The position numbers were made by a program, and so were the translations under genes. The notes beneath the pieces were generated by a model. The model was not told the origin of the DNA and ran no database searches. It was given only the letters and a program-made list of their open reading frames with translations. From IMG/VR virus record IMGVR_UViG_3300049793_000366, positions 443,911 through 507,910 of that record: a stretch of DNA of 64,000 nt; one strand, 5' to 3'. Below, in pieces: positions 27,138 to 36,496 of this stretch; position 1 is the stretch's first letter; each line of letters starts with the position of its first letter.

Positions 27138-27657
27138 CTAATGCTTCGTCTAATTTCATATCCCTAATCTGAGATTTTACTTCTGATACTTTAGCTTTAA
27201 AGGTGAAACCCAGTTCATCATTTCGTAATTGAATGCTTTTCTCAACATCTTTAGACCATTTATCTCTCATTGTAGCATTGTACACGTTTACCAATAACCC
27301 GGTTTTAATTGAGTTGGTAACTACCTGGTCTTTACACGTAACAACTACTACGAATTTTTCGTTTACTGTATTGCTGAGTGCATTGAGTAGTTTATTAAAC
27401 CTGGTTACTGTTAAACCACTATGCGAACCAACTTCAAGATACTCATAATTATCACCAGACATAGCATCTTCTAATAGTTCTTTAATCTCTCTGATGTTGT
27501 ATTCAGAACCTTTGACAACATTTATCTTACCCTTTTTGAATTTGAAGAAGTTACTCTCAAGTGTATCGTTATGTAACTCAAGTGCTAATTTGGAAACGAG
27601 TACCCAATCAGGTGACTGTTTTACTATTTCTGCTTTTATTTTATCTGTGTTATTCAT
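27130..27657 (-). CDS. C-tag hypothetical protein
   Basis: IRDMKLDEAL. Confidence 0.75.
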   Translation of the reverse strand: MNNTDKIKAEIVKQSPDWVLVSKLALELHNDTLESNFFKFKKGKINVVKGSEYNIREIKELLEDAMSGDNYEYLEVGSHSGLTVTRFNKLLNALSNTVNEKFVVVVTCKDQVVTNSIKTGLLVNVYNATMRDKWSKDVEKSIQLRNDELGFTFKAKVSEVKSQIRDMKLDEALAN

Positions 27658-28067
27658 CTACTATCTAACTGTTTTAATGCGGCATCGCGTTTAATCTGCT
27701 TAATGAAGTCTTCGTCCATTTCTTTGGGTTGAATTGGATAGCCATTCTCTGCGTAGAAGTCACTGTGCCATTCGTGTGCGATACCGTATGTGCTTACAAG
27801 CTTTCTATATTCTCTTGGCTTTAGGTTGAGTGTAACTAATCGAACCAATTCATCAATGGTTAGTGGTACGCTTATATCTTGTGACATATAGGTTACTGCT
27901 GGATTACCAGAGAGAATGCTTTTTGTATCGGTTGGCTTTAGGTAGAATAGTTCACCTTGAAATGTAGCCATGAGTAATGAATTAGGGTCGAACTGGTGTT
28001 GACCATCAGCATCTATGATAAGTATCTTAAGGAAACCTAATGGTGTTGTAAGTCTATTCTTTTTCAT
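27654..28067 (-). CDS. C-tag hypothetical protein
   Basis: KRDAALKQL. Confidence 0.7.
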   Translation of the reverse strand: MKKNRLTTPLGFLKILIIDADGQHQFDPNSLLMATFQGELFYLKPTDTKSILSGNPAVTYMSQDISVPLTIDELVRLVTLNLKPREYRKLVSTYGIAHEWHSDFYAENGYPIQPKEMDEDFIKQIKRDAALKQLDSR

Positions 28068-28083
28068 TAGCTGTATTTTGCCC

Positions 28084-28115
28084 TAAATATACGGATAATA
28101 ATCCGGATTACCTAA
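28084..28115 (-). promoter_or_regulatory. Early promoter with dyad
   Basis: TTAGGTAATCCGGATTATTATCCGTATATTTA on -. Confidence 0.75.
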
Positions 28116-28439
28116 TTATACTAAAAATCCACTAAAATATTGACTGAACTCTACGGTTCTAAAGAAGTGTTTACGTTGATATTCGGCACAACCAACAGAT
28201 CCGGTAGAGAAGCTATCATCACTTGACCATATAATGATTCCTGTCTCTCTGGTTGACATTTGAGGTACCCAGTCGATATACAAGACATCTTCACCCAAGA
28301 ACTTCTGTATATGCTTATATTCCTGTTCATTTCTAACGACAACGGATAGTCCATTGTAGCTTAGAACTTCTTCGATGGTGTTATCTCGCTTATCTGAATT
28401 TGGTTCAGTATTAACTATTCCTTTTCTTGTGGTTGCCAT
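28116..28439 (-). CDS. Hypothetical protein
   Basis: 107 aa. Confidence 0.65.
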   Translation of the reverse strand: MATTRKGIVNTEPNSDKRDNTIEEVLSYNGLSVVVRNEQEYKHIQKFLGEDVLYIDWVPQMSTRETGIIIWSSDDSFSTGSVGCAEYQRKHFFRTVEFSQYFSGFLV

Positions 28440-28484
28440 AATTCTCTGATATTAAATATAAGCAATAAGTTTAATATATACTAC

Positions 28485-28949
28485 ATGAAACATATTAAAC
28501 TATTCGAGGCTTTTTCTGATGATTTAAGTAATATACATCTTGACCTTAGACGTGCCGAGCAAAAGCTTAAGACTGAATACCGCGATAAAGAGAAACAATT
28601 GGGTGATAAGTATAAGAGTGCTGTTGAAGCTTGTATTCAAGACTTATTAGAAGATTATGATGCTAAGTTCATTTATGATATGTTTCCACACACTGGTCAG
28701 AAGATTGGCTTCGAAGTTAGTGTATTCTTTGATAAACCTACTGGGAGTCAATTAGAAACTCTATTACCAATCATAGCAAGGACTGATAAGAAGCTTACAG
28801 CAGAAGGTTTTATAGTTTCTTATGTATGTGAACATAATCTTGGTAACTTCTCCAATGATGATTATTCTAAAGATTTAGCTGAATTATCAAAGAATTTCAT
28901 ACATTACTCTGGTTGTGTTTCATTAAAGGTTAGTATGAGAATCAACTAA
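28485..28949 (+). CDS. N-tag protein, DDY/KKL family
   Basis: MKHIKLFEAF; TAATATATA at 28472-28480. Confidence 0.8.
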   Translation: MKHIKLFEAFSDDLSNIHLDLRRAEQKLKTEYRDKEKQLGDKYKSAVEACIQDLLEDYDAKFIYDMFPHTGQKIGFEVSVFFDKPTGSQLETLLPIIARTDKKLTAEGFIVSYVCEHNLGNFSNDDYSKDLAELSKNFIHYSGCVSLKVSMRIN

Positions 28950-28954
28950 TCCTA

Positions 28955-28986
28955 TTTGGTTATATCGAATATAATCCGTATATTCG
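28955..28986 (+). promoter_or_regulatory. Early promoter
   Basis: TTTG-N20-TATATTCG, ATG at 28991. Confidence 0.7.
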
Positions 28987-28990
28987 GACT

Positions 28991-29182
28991 ATGGAAACCT
29001 CAATTGTTAGAATCAATTTAATGACTGATAAAGATTACAGACCATATTGTGGTGCTGATTCTTGTGTATATACTATGCCACGTTCAAAGTGGAATGGTAG
29101 TCAATTCGAATGTAAATGTGGGTGGGTATCTGAATTCCCTGCTGATTTCATTACTCGTTATAAAGAAAAACACAATCTTTAA
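28991..29182 (+). CDS. Small Cys-rich (Zn-binding?) protein
   Basis: PYCG..C...FECKCGW. Confidence 0.7.
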   Translation: METSIVRINLMTDKDYRPYCGADSCVYTMPRSKWNGSQFECKCGWVSEFPADFITRYKEKHNL

Positions 29183-29517
29183 TGGGTAGAAAAGTTAAAA
29201 TAAAGAAAGAAGATATTATACTTGAAGCATTAATTGAATGGTTCGATGATGATTTCAAGACCAGTAGAGCAGAAGCCAAGAAGAATCCTACTGAGGTTAC
29301 CAACCCACATTTTTGGGAGAAACCACAATTCGTATCACTTAATTACATTGACCAGTATAATAATATCTGTATCACAGAGACTCAAGCTGGTGTAGACCCA
29401 TCAGAACCAAATTATACAATAGGAGTAGCTGTTCCATATGTTTGGTATAAGCCCTATCACGATAAGTATATGAAGATGCGTAACCGCATTGAGAGTATAG
29501 ATTCTTTAGTCAAATAG
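29182..29517 (+). CDS. C-tag hypothetical protein
   Basis: NRIESIDSLV. Confidence 0.7.
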   Translation: MGRKVKIKKEDIILEALIEWFDDDFKTSRAEAKKNPTEVTNPHFWEKPQFVSLNYIDQYNNICITETQAGVDPSEPNYTIGVAVPYVWYKPYHDKYMKMRNRIESIDSLVK

Positions 29518-29518
29518 A

Positions 29519-29911
29519 CTATTTATTAGACTTTTCAGCATTACAAACCGTACACATTGGTTGATAGTTATCGATGTGGTCGGGACCGCCTTTATCTCTT
29601 GCTATGATATGGTCTTTAGTCATAAGCACCTCTTCACCCTTTGAATTCACTGCGTATAGGTTGAGGTGATAAGCCAATGAAGCTTTATTATACTTATCGC
29701 GTTCTTTAGCGAAGTATTTACCCTTAGCACCACAGATAACACAATCAATTCCTTTTACTTTGAAGGTTTTATACCTATCAGAACCCAGCTTGATATCATC
29801 ACCATCTAAGACTATGATATCTCTTTTGGTATGATGCAGTTCAACAGATGATAGAATGAGTTGAATTGGATATGTTTCTTTACGATAGTATCTCTTTACT
29901 TCAGTTTCCAT
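29519..29911 (-). CDS. HNH endonuclease
   Basis: CVICG...TKDHIIARDKGGPDHIDNYQPMCTVCNAEK. Confidence 0.85.
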   Translation of the reverse strand: METEVKRYYRKETYPIQLILSSVELHHTKRDIIVLDGDDIKLGSDRYKTFKVKGIDCVICGAKGKYFAKERDKYNKASLAYHLNLYAVNSKGEEVLMTKDHIIARDKGGPDHIDNYQPMCTVCNAEKSNK

Positions 29912-29961
29912 TAATACAAATATAGCGAATTATTATGACATTTAATATATACTCTAAACAA

Positions 29962-30690
29962 ATGAGTAAGATGGACACACGATATAAGTTAAAAGAGGTG
30001 GGGAGATTTATTAAAGCACTCAGCAATGACTATAAGAATACGGTTGATACTGATATAAAAGCTAAGAAGAAGAAAGCTATATGGAAAACAGTATGCTTGA
30101 CATTCGACCAGATTTGGAGTGGGATATCAGCATTGTTTGTTTATCCTATTTGGTATGCTTTCAGAAAGCAAATAACTAATACCTTATATGAAGGTACTAC
30201 CTGGGAAGCCGTTCATCAATTGGTGGTTGATAATAAGATTGATGAGGTGAAGTATATTGTCAAACGAAAGGGTGCTTTATTGTATTGGTTATGGACTTTT
30301 GGTGACTTGAGAGATCCATTAGGTAGAGGTGAGTTACCGGAAGATGGGTATAAAGGTAGGTATAAGAATAACTTCGTAGGGAGATATTATGAGAATGCTT
30401 TGCGTAATCCAAGGTTTACTATTAACTATATGAATTATCGAACTGGTACCATAGTAGAATCGCATACGGTGATTGATACCAGAGATTATAATATATCGTA
30501 TTCATCAGAGGGTATTGGTAAGAATCCTGCGGGTGTATTATTCAAATGGGTGGTTGATGATAAGAATAAGTGGTATTATGTCTATGATGATAATAACAAG
30601 GAGAACTTATTTTACTTTGGGTATTCTGGTTTGGGTAAAACTGATATTGGTAAGAATGGTAGGTTTGAGATTAGTTACAGAAAAAATTGA
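29962..30690 (+). CDS. Hypothetical (possibly membrane-anchored) protein
   Basis: Hydrophobic segment IWSGISALFVYPIWY; TAATATATA upstream. Confidence 0.75.
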   Translation: MSKMDTRYKLKEVGRFIKALSNDYKNTVDTDIKAKKKKAIWKTVCLTFDQIWSGISALFVYPIWYAFRKQITNTLYEGTTWEAVHQLVVDNKIDEVKYIVKRKGALLYWLWTFGDLRDPLGRGELPEDGYKGRYKNNFVGRYYENALRNPRFTINYMNYRTGTIVESHTVIDTRDYNISYSSEGIGKNPAGVLFKWVVDDKNKWYYVYDDNNKENLFYFGYSGLGKTDIGKNGRFEISYRKN

Positions 30691-30700
30691 TATATAACAC

Positions 30701-31114
30701 ATGAAACATCTTAGACACTTTAATGAGCATTTGAATAATGAGCTTCAAGAAATAGCTGAGTTCTTTTACTATGCATTTGAAGACCATAACTATTATGAGT
30801 TCAAACCACTCAACAAAGGATATACTGATACTGTTTATTATAATGGTGTTGTTGAGGTGAGAGATATGTCTTCTGGTCAGTATGAGGTTTATATGAATCT
30901 TGGTATACCTGAGCCATATAGTGGTCCTTCTTTATTCGGTGGATCATCTACTATGAAATACAGTAATGATGCTGAGTTAAATAAGTTAAATGTTGAGGTT
31001 AAGAAGATAGCGAGAAAGCTTGGTTTCAGTGAGAAGTCTCATGTGGATTACATATGTAGTTACTTAGATGAGACTGATAATATGATAAAAGCGTCAATTG
31101 TTATTTATAAATAA
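30701..31114 (+). CDS. N-tag hypothetical protein
   Basis: MKHLRHFNE; GATATATA 4 nt upstream. Confidence 0.75.
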   Translation: MKHLRHFNEHLNNELQEIAEFFYYAFEDHNYYEFKPLNKGYTDTVYYNGVVEVRDMSSGQYEVYMNLGIPEPYSGPSLFGGSSTMKYSNDAELNKLNVEVKKIARKLGFSEKSHVDYICSYLDETDNMIKASIVIYK

Positions 31115-31125
31115 ATATATAGAGC

Positions 31126-31524
31126 ATGAAATATTTACAAACATTCAATGAAAGAAAATTCTACACTATCAAATATGATAATCAGGAATTAAGTATCGAT
31201 GATATTAACAATGGTGAATGGTCTTTAACTGACCATTTAAACCCTAAGATTGATAAGCTTATCATGGCATTAGGTGATATGAAAGCGCGAGTTAATACAC
31301 ACGGTAGCAAAGTCTATAAAGACGAAGCAAAGAAGATAGATTTGATGAGTCAGATATTAGATTCTGATGTTGCTGAGTCTGCTCCAATTGAAGCAACTGA
31401 GACTACAGTTGATATTAATATCGCTTTAGTTGATGAGGTTGAACCGATTGAAGATGTGTCAGTAGAAGTTGATAATACACCAATGAATATAGGTGGTGCT
31501 ATTGATAGGCTTATGTCAACCTAA
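31126..31524 (+). CDS. N-tag hypothetical protein
   Basis: MKYLQTFNE; AAATATATA 4 nt upstream; acidic tail. Confidence 0.75.
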   Translation: MKYLQTFNERKFYTIKYDNQELSIDDINNGEWSLTDHLNPKIDKLIMALGDMKARVNTHGSKVYKDEAKKIDLMSQILDSDVAESAPIEATETTVDINIALVDEVEPIEDVSVEVDNTPMNIGGAIDRLMST

Positions 31525-31796
31525 TCGGTTATCTTATCTATTTGTTTAGCCCTGTATTTGATTTTCTGTTCATCATACCACTTATCGGATGGGTTGTTAT
31601 ACCATACTTTATATAATTCAATTGGGTTTATCCAAGATTCTATTCTATTGACAACGCCATTGAATTCTAATTTTGCTGAGGTGTTATTCTCTCTACAATA
31701 AACCACCACTACCTCAACGCACTCACATAGTTCGCTACCTGGTATGACTGAGGCATAATATCCTTCTTGAATCTTAAATAAGTTATTTAGTTCCAT
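31521..31796 (-). CDS. C-tag hypothetical protein
   Basis: YRAKQIDKI. Confidence 0.7.
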   Translation of the reverse strand: MELNNLFKIQEGYYASVIPGSELCECVEVVVVYCRENNTSAKLEFNGVVNRIESWINPIELYKVWYNNPSDKWYDEQKIKYRAKQIDKITD

Positions 31797-31798
31797 TG

Positions 31799-32239
31799 TT
31801 AGTATCTTGTATTATATAATCCGATATCAATTGTTATTTCTAAGCATTCTATTTGATTATCCAACATATAGAATGGTTTATCTTTTTTATAAAGGAATGA
31901 GAAGAATCCTTTCTTTTGTACTGGTTTATGATTCACCTCAGCCATAAAAGAATACAAATCCGAACGCATACTACCACGGGTAATACCTGGGCTGGTTATA
32001 ATCAATATAGATACATCCTTCTTTACATCCCAACCATCAGCCATTAACTTCCTATTGAATCTATTCAGACTCTTTACTAAGTCTTTATCCAGTAGTTGGT
32101 CTTTGTATTCAGCTTTCAATCGGATATCTCTCTTACTATTGATTAGACACATAGAGTAACTTTCCATTAGCTCGAAGCCAGCGGATTCTACTTCTTTGAG
32201 TAGGTTCAGTATGAGTTGTTTCTTATAGCTCTTTAACAT
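31799..32239 (-). CDS. Untagged KKL..G-family protein
   Basis: LNRFNRKLMADG. Confidence 0.7.
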   Translation of the reverse strand: MLKSYKKQLILNLLKEVESAGFELMESYSMCLINSKRDIRLKAEYKDQLLDKDLVKSLNRFNRKLMADGWDVKKDVSILIITSPGITRGSMRSDLYSFMAEVNHKPVQKKGFFSFLYKKDKPFYMLDNQIECLEITIDIGLYNTRY

Positions 32240-32673
32240 TAGTGTATTCTTATATGACCGTGATAATCACCAGCACCATCCCAGAGTGATAATTCAAACC
32301 ACACCTTGTGTCCTTCGCTTTCAATCTTCTTTAGTAATGATTTGGTATGTAGTAACATTTCTTGTTTAGCTCTGAGTACTACCAGTTTAGCTTCCATCTT
32401 TGATTCCCATTCGAATAGAGAAGGACCGCCGGTATCTGGTGTTGGCTTTCTTACGATGAAGTATATGTTCGCTAAATGGATTAGATTCTTGATTCGTTCT
32501 TCTTTGGTGATTGAGAATGGTGACTTACCTTTACAATACCAATGGTCAACGATTGGGTTATATCCTATACTAAGGTCTTTGAATCCTTCATGTAGGCTCA
32601 TAGCATCTTCGAATGATTCTACGATGAGGTTAATGGTTGATTCGAAATCCTTCTGTATTTGTGTGTAGTCCAT
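32239..32673 (-). CDS. Untagged KKL..G-family protein
   Basis: MDYTQIQ; LLKKIESEG; promoter upstream. Confidence 0.7.
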   Translation of the reverse strand: MDYTQIQKDFESTINLIVESFEDAMSLHEGFKDLSIGYNPIVDHWYCKGKSPFSITKEERIKNLIHLANIYFIVRKPTPDTGGPSLFEWESKMEAKLVVLRAKQEMLLHTKSLLKKIESEGHKVWFELSLWDGAGDYHGHIRIH

Positions 32674-32679
32674 TGGGCA

Positions 32680-32710
32680 TAAATATACGGATAATATTCC
32701 GATAACCAAA
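32680..32710 (-). promoter_or_regulatory. Early promoter with dyad
   Basis: TTTGGTTATCGGAATATTATCCGTATATTTA on -. Confidence 0.75.
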
Positions 32711-32713
32711 CAG

Positions 32714-33193
32714 TTAAAGTGAACATAGTTCATCCAACTCACTGAACTGATGATAACGAATGTCTTCTTTTTTAAATATAACAGCCATGAGTTCTATATC
32801 CGTTTCTATACCATCAGTAATATAACGGTGAAGATAACCAGCATCTACCACATCTTTTATATAGTAGAAGTTCTTAATACCACATGGTAATGTCTCACAA
32901 TCCTGTAAGCTTGGACAAACAACCGCTTCTTGATAGAACCTGGCGAATAGCTTATAACCCATCTTCTCAAGCTTCTTATTAGCTCTCAGTATCTTATTGA
33001 CCATAGATGTTGTTATAGTGATGTATCTACGGTCTCCGCTTGGACTTGTGTCCTTTACGTGGTACCAATAGTAATTACTATATTCATCACAGTATTCGGT
33101 GGTATATAACTCATATTCATAATCATCACATAATTCGAACATGATATCATTAACCTTTGGTACGTCAATAGTATAGATTGACTCTTTTATCAT
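32714..33193 (-). CDS. Untagged DDY/KKL-family protein
   Basis: FELCDDYEY...ILRANKKLEKMG. Confidence 0.7.
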   Translation of the reverse strand: MIKESIYTIDVPKVNDIMFELCDDYEYELYTTEYCDEYSNYYWYHVKDTSPSGDRRYITITTSMVNKILRANKKLEKMGYKLFARFYQEAVVCPSLQDCETLPCGIKNFYYIKDVVDAGYLHRYITDGIETDIELMAVIFKKEDIRYHQFSELDELCSL

Positions 33194-33868
33194 TTAAACG
33201 GTTTCTAATTCGAACTGACAGACCTTTACTTTAAGGTCATTGTATTGATAGATTTTATTCTTCTTCTCAAGGCTTTTGATGTATTCGATATACTCAGGTC
33301 TTGCTGGTTCATTCTTGTTGAGGTACATATGTTCAATATGTTCTAACTCAGAAAACGATGTTATCTCTGTATCACCGTAACCTATACCACCGCTACCTCT
33401 GGGTCCGAAGATAGTACTTGGGATAACAGTTGATTCAATCTCATAGGAAGAGTTTAATGTCTCCTTATTGAAATGATAGTCTTGATAGTCTGAATGATTT
33501 ATATTGCGACCAATGTGCCATCTGAATCTTCCGATAGCTTTCTTCTTCTCGATGGGTTCTTTATGACCAGCCCAGTTATCAATATAGGTAATATGGTCAA
33601 CACCTTCTAACCTTGCGATAGCGATTTCACGCTGTACTTGCTTATCATCGAATCCCCAGCCGCTTACCTTTAGTTTATTGGTAAAGTTTTCGAATTCAAC
33701 CTTTAACTTCATACCATAGACGAATTCAATCAATAGCTCTGCTTCATTACAGTTGATTGGTCTCTGGACATTAAGACTACGTGTATAGCCTTTAGTTAAC
33801 AAAGACATATAGAAGTCTTTATGGATGCCCAGCTTGGTCTTAGCTCCTTTATAACAATTATTTTTCAT
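33194..33868 (-). CDS. Hypothetical protein
   Basis: 224 aa. Confidence 0.75.
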   Translation of the reverse strand: MKNNCYKGAKTKLGIHKDFYMSLLTKGYTRSLNVQRPINCNEAELLIEFVYGMKLKVEFENFTNKLKVSGWGFDDKQVQREIAIARLEGVDHITYIDNWAGHKEPIEKKKAIGRFRWHIGRNINHSDYQDYHFNKETLNSSYEIESTVIPSTIFGPRGSGGIGYGDTEITSFSELEHIEHMYLNKNEPARPEYIEYIKSLEKKNKIYQYNDLKVKVCQFELETV

Positions 33869-34121
33869 CAGCTTCGGTAATTAATAGTGATAGGTTTATA
33901 ATCGTTTTATCCTTATTCTTAAAGAACTTCTCTTTGTTATACTCTTTGAACTTCAATGTACTATTCTTCGATGTGTATAACTTATCGTCTAACTTCTTCG
34001 ATATCCTATCAATCTCTCTTAATAGTTTATCAGTGAGTACAGTATGCTTAATAGCACACCCATAAGTTCCAACTGGAACGAACCCAAAGTCTTCAATCAG
34101 TGTTAAGAATATATCATTCAT
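33858..34121 (-). CDS. Untagged DDY/KKL-family protein
   Basis: FLTLIEDFGF...IDRISKKL. Confidence 0.7.
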   Translation of the reverse strand: MNDIFLTLIEDFGFVPVGTYGCAIKHTVLTDKLLREIDRISKKLDDKLYTSKNSTLKFKEYNKEKFFKNKDKTIINLSLLITEADEK

Positions 34122-34130
34122 ATTGTCCAG

Positions 34131-34162
34131 TAAATATACGGATAATAATCGATACTACCAAA
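34131..34162 (-). promoter_or_regulatory. Early promoter
   Basis: TTTG-N20-TATATTTA with TATCCG. Confidence 0.75.
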
Positions 34163-34336
34163 TTTATGACCATTAATCATGGATATTAATGGATTCTTAT
34201 ATAAAATATAAGATAAGTTGGAGTCTACTCGGTCTCAGACGCTTGGTTCTGTTACAGTCAATCTTATTCTTATTTTTTTAACTTACTGAGTTACAGGTCT
34301 TTAGCAGGTTGGGGATTCAGTTCCTCCCTGATGACA
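34163..34336 (-). ncRNA. Candidate promoter-driven structured ncRNA
   Basis: Downstream of promoter 34340-34371, no credible ORF, several stems. Confidence 0.4.
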
Positions 34337-34339
34337 ATA

Positions 34340-34371
34340 CAAATATAAGGAATAAATTCTAAACCACCAAA
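34340..34371 (-). promoter_or_regulatory. Early promoter
   Basis: TTTG-N20-TATATTTG on -. Confidence 0.7.
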
Positions 34372-34427
34372 TATATCCGCATATTTTGGACAATAAACTT
34401 CGATTACCCTCTGGTATATAAGTATTT

Positions 34428-34724
34428 ATGAACATAAGAGAGAAATTCGCATTATATAAACAACTATACAGTGAGATACTGGATGAGTTTGGAATGGATG
34501 GCTGGGAACAAATAGATAACAAGCTTGAGGCTAAGTGGAGACATAACGAGAAACACAATGATATGTTATTCTACGAAGGTGATTGTGAGTATGGTATTGA
34601 TGATGCCAGACTAATCAAAGAAGTCGATGGGTTAGTACTATTCTATTGTAGAGACAATGGTGATAAGTTCTACTCTCTATTTGATACCGCTAATAAACTG
34701 GGTGAAGAGGATGAAGATGAGTAA
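34428..34724 (+). CDS. Hypothetical protein
   Basis: 98 aa, acidic. Confidence 0.7.
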   Translation: MNIREKFALYKQLYSEILDEFGMDGWEQIDNKLEAKWRHNEKHNDMLFYEGDCEYGIDDARLIKEVDGLVLFYCRDNGDKFYSLFDTANKLGEEDEDE

Positions 34725-34947
34725 TACTTATATCTGTGTAAAAGAGTGGAGTCTTGCTTCTATACCATATAGAAAGGGTGATAGGGTACATACTGCTGAT
34801 ATATCATCAAAGATATCACCAAGTAAATTCATTAGCTTAACTAATGGTGCTATATTCCGCACACGTACATTTTTAGAACACTTTAAACATATCGATGATT
34901 ACATTCGTGATATTGATAAGAATATAGACCTTGTGTTAAATGATTAA
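34717..34947 (+). CDS. CIK-family protein, degenerate C-tag
   Basis: YICVKE; FLEHFK; DKNIDLVL. Confidence 0.65.
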   Translation: MSNTYICVKEWSLASIPYRKGDRVHTADISSKISPSKFISLTNGAIFRTRTFLEHFKHIDDYIRDIDKNIDLVLND

Positions 34948-35206
34948 CGGTCTACCAATAAAAACCTGCGTATGTATTAAGAACTACGCTAAACGAAACG
35001 ATACCTATCGCTATACCATCGGTGAGGTCTATAAGTATCAAGTAGTCAGTCATTATATAAGCCCTGATGTATGGCGTGTCTATACCACTGATGCAGACTA
35101 TGACTTCTATGAAGTATCAAAGGATCCATGCGAACCAAAGATAATTGAGTACTTTCAAGATATACAAACGAATAGGGATTCTAAACTTAAGAAGCTATTG
35201 AAATGA
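34940..35206 (+). CDS. CIK-family protein with C-tag
   Basis: CVCIK; NRDSKLKKLL. Confidence 0.75.
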   Translation: MINGLPIKTCVCIKNYAKRNDTYRYTIGEVYKYQVVSHYISPDVWRVYTTDADYDFYEVSKDPCEPKIIEYFQDIQTNRDSKLKKLLK

Positions 35207-35589
35207 CAGCACCCGAACTAATAGAGTATTTAGAGCGATTGGGATTCATTATGGATTCTTATACCAGTATGATGGAGTTCATCACCCTACATCTACGCGA
35301 TAAAGATATTGGTGCTAATGTGAATAACCTAAGTGGTGTATCAATAAGTATCTGTAAGAGTAAAGGAGTCTATCATCAACAGTATAGTGATAAGCCAAAC
35401 ATATTCAGTATTAAGTATGAGCTAACGGATCATATAGACTTCAATACGAAGATGCCCGTTAGAAGCCATCAGATGAATCACTATACAATAGATGGTGTGT
35501 TGGAGTTCCTCGTAGAGAATCGAATTGGTAAACCGGATGTATTAAGAGAAGCTATCATTGAATTAAACTGCCACAGGCTCTTGAATTAA
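35203..35589 (+). CDS. Hypothetical protein
   Basis: 3' end formed by 16-bp repeats. Confidence 0.7.
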   Translation: MTAPELIEYLERLGFIMDSYTSMMEFITLHLRDKDIGANVNNLSGVSISICKSKGVYHQQYSDKPNIFSIKYELTDHIDFNTKMPVRSHQMNHYTIDGVLEFLVENRIGKPDVLREAIIELNCHRLLN

Positions 35590-35663
35590 AATGCCACACC
35601 AACTAATTAAACTACCACATCCGAAACCCTTACTGGATAAGACTTAGAATTATAATGCCACAC
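35561..35663 (+). repeat. Cluster 2 of 16-bp GCCACAC direct repeats (4 copies)
   Basis: 35561, 35584, 35605, 35648; last pair 43 bp apart with CTTA-N5-TAAG spacer. Confidence 0.85.
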
Positions 35664-35807
35664 TTAGAAATGTGGATAAGGTATGCCGCCCTTCTGATTA
35701 TCGTAATGCTCCTTGATACGTTTCTCCCTTTCTGCCTCTAACTTTTCTTTCTCAAGCTTCTCAACTTTCTCAGTTAGTTCTTTTATCTTTAATTCTTCTG
35801 GTGTCAT
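35664..35807 (-). CDS. Small coiled-coil protein (47 aa, not in ORF track)
   Basis: MTPEELKIKELTEKVEKLEKEK...GGIPYPHF; coupled to upstream gene. Confidence 0.6.
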   Translation of the reverse strand: MTPEELKIKELTEKVEKLEKEKLEAEREKRIKEHYDNQKGGIPYPHF

Positions 35808-36274
35808 TAGTATATACTGTATGATGGGTTATATGATTTGACGAATGGCTTACCATTGAATGTATGCGTACAACACTTACAGTTCGGATGTAAGTCTTCA
35901 TTCTTGAACTCTGGGTTAACCAATTGAAGTATGTTATTACTATCAACGAATAGACCACTGTAATAGCTACTCTCACCACAACATACATAATCACGCTTCT
36001 TGCTATCATCTTCTGCTACCAGATGGTAGATTGGTTCAGACTTATCTAAACGACTGATGGCTTCGCTATACACTTCATCCCAGTCTTTACCTACCTTTGA
36101 TAGTAAGAAGCGATACAACGGTGTATAATCAAGCCCACGCTCAACGCCTTTCTTAAGTGAATGACTCATACCCTTCTTAGTGGATCTGTCGTTCTTAGCA
36201 TCACCACCGAAGTTATGATGTACACCACGGGCTTTAGTGTTCTGCTTTCTATATAGAGGTTCTTTCTGTTTCAT
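35807..36274 (-). CDS. Conserved hypothetical protein
   Basis: RGLDYTPLYRFLLSKVGKDWDEVYSEA..RL; C.CCTHTFNG. Confidence 0.75.
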   Translation of the reverse strand: MKQKEPLYRKQNTKARGVHHNFGGDAKNDRSTKKGMSHSLKKGVERGLDYTPLYRFLLSKVGKDWDEVYSEAISRLDKSEPIYHLVAEDDSKKRDYVCCGESSYYSGLFVDSNNILQLVNPEFKNEDLHPNCKCCTHTFNGKPFVKSYNPSYSIY

Positions 36275-36452
36275 TCAATTCTGTTTTTAGCTTAGACCAA
36301 AATTTATAGTGTTCTGATTGGAAATATTCATCACCCTTTCTGATAGCATTCTCTTTAACTTCGATGTCACACCAATTCATAGCAAGACCAATATCATTAC
36401 TGAAGTCTTCGATTATCTCTTTGAGTGATGGTTTATATTCTTGTATTAGCAT
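36249..36452 (-). CDS. Hypothetical protein
   Basis: 67 aa, in operon. Confidence 0.6.
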   Translation of the reverse strand: MLIQEYKPSLKEIIEDFSNDIGLAMNWCDIEVKENAIRKGDEYFQSEHYKFWSKLKTELNETERTSI

Positions 36453-36496
36453 ATTGGTTCATCATGTGGGTTATCCGCATACGGATCATCTTTTGT

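Noticed and set aside
29519-29911. HNH gene as part of an intron or mobile element
   Set aside because: Free-standing with its own -7 box; no interrupted gene or intron structure evident
34328-34365. Hammerhead ribozyme (CTGATGA core on +)
   Set aside because: No stem II followed by GAAA; the downstream sequence is the reverse-strand promoter
35671-35679. Second perfect DnaA box (TGTGGATAA) next to repeat cluster 2
   Set aside because: Single copy inside the coding end (PYPHF) of the 35664-35807 ORF; may be chance, so not counted as origin evidence
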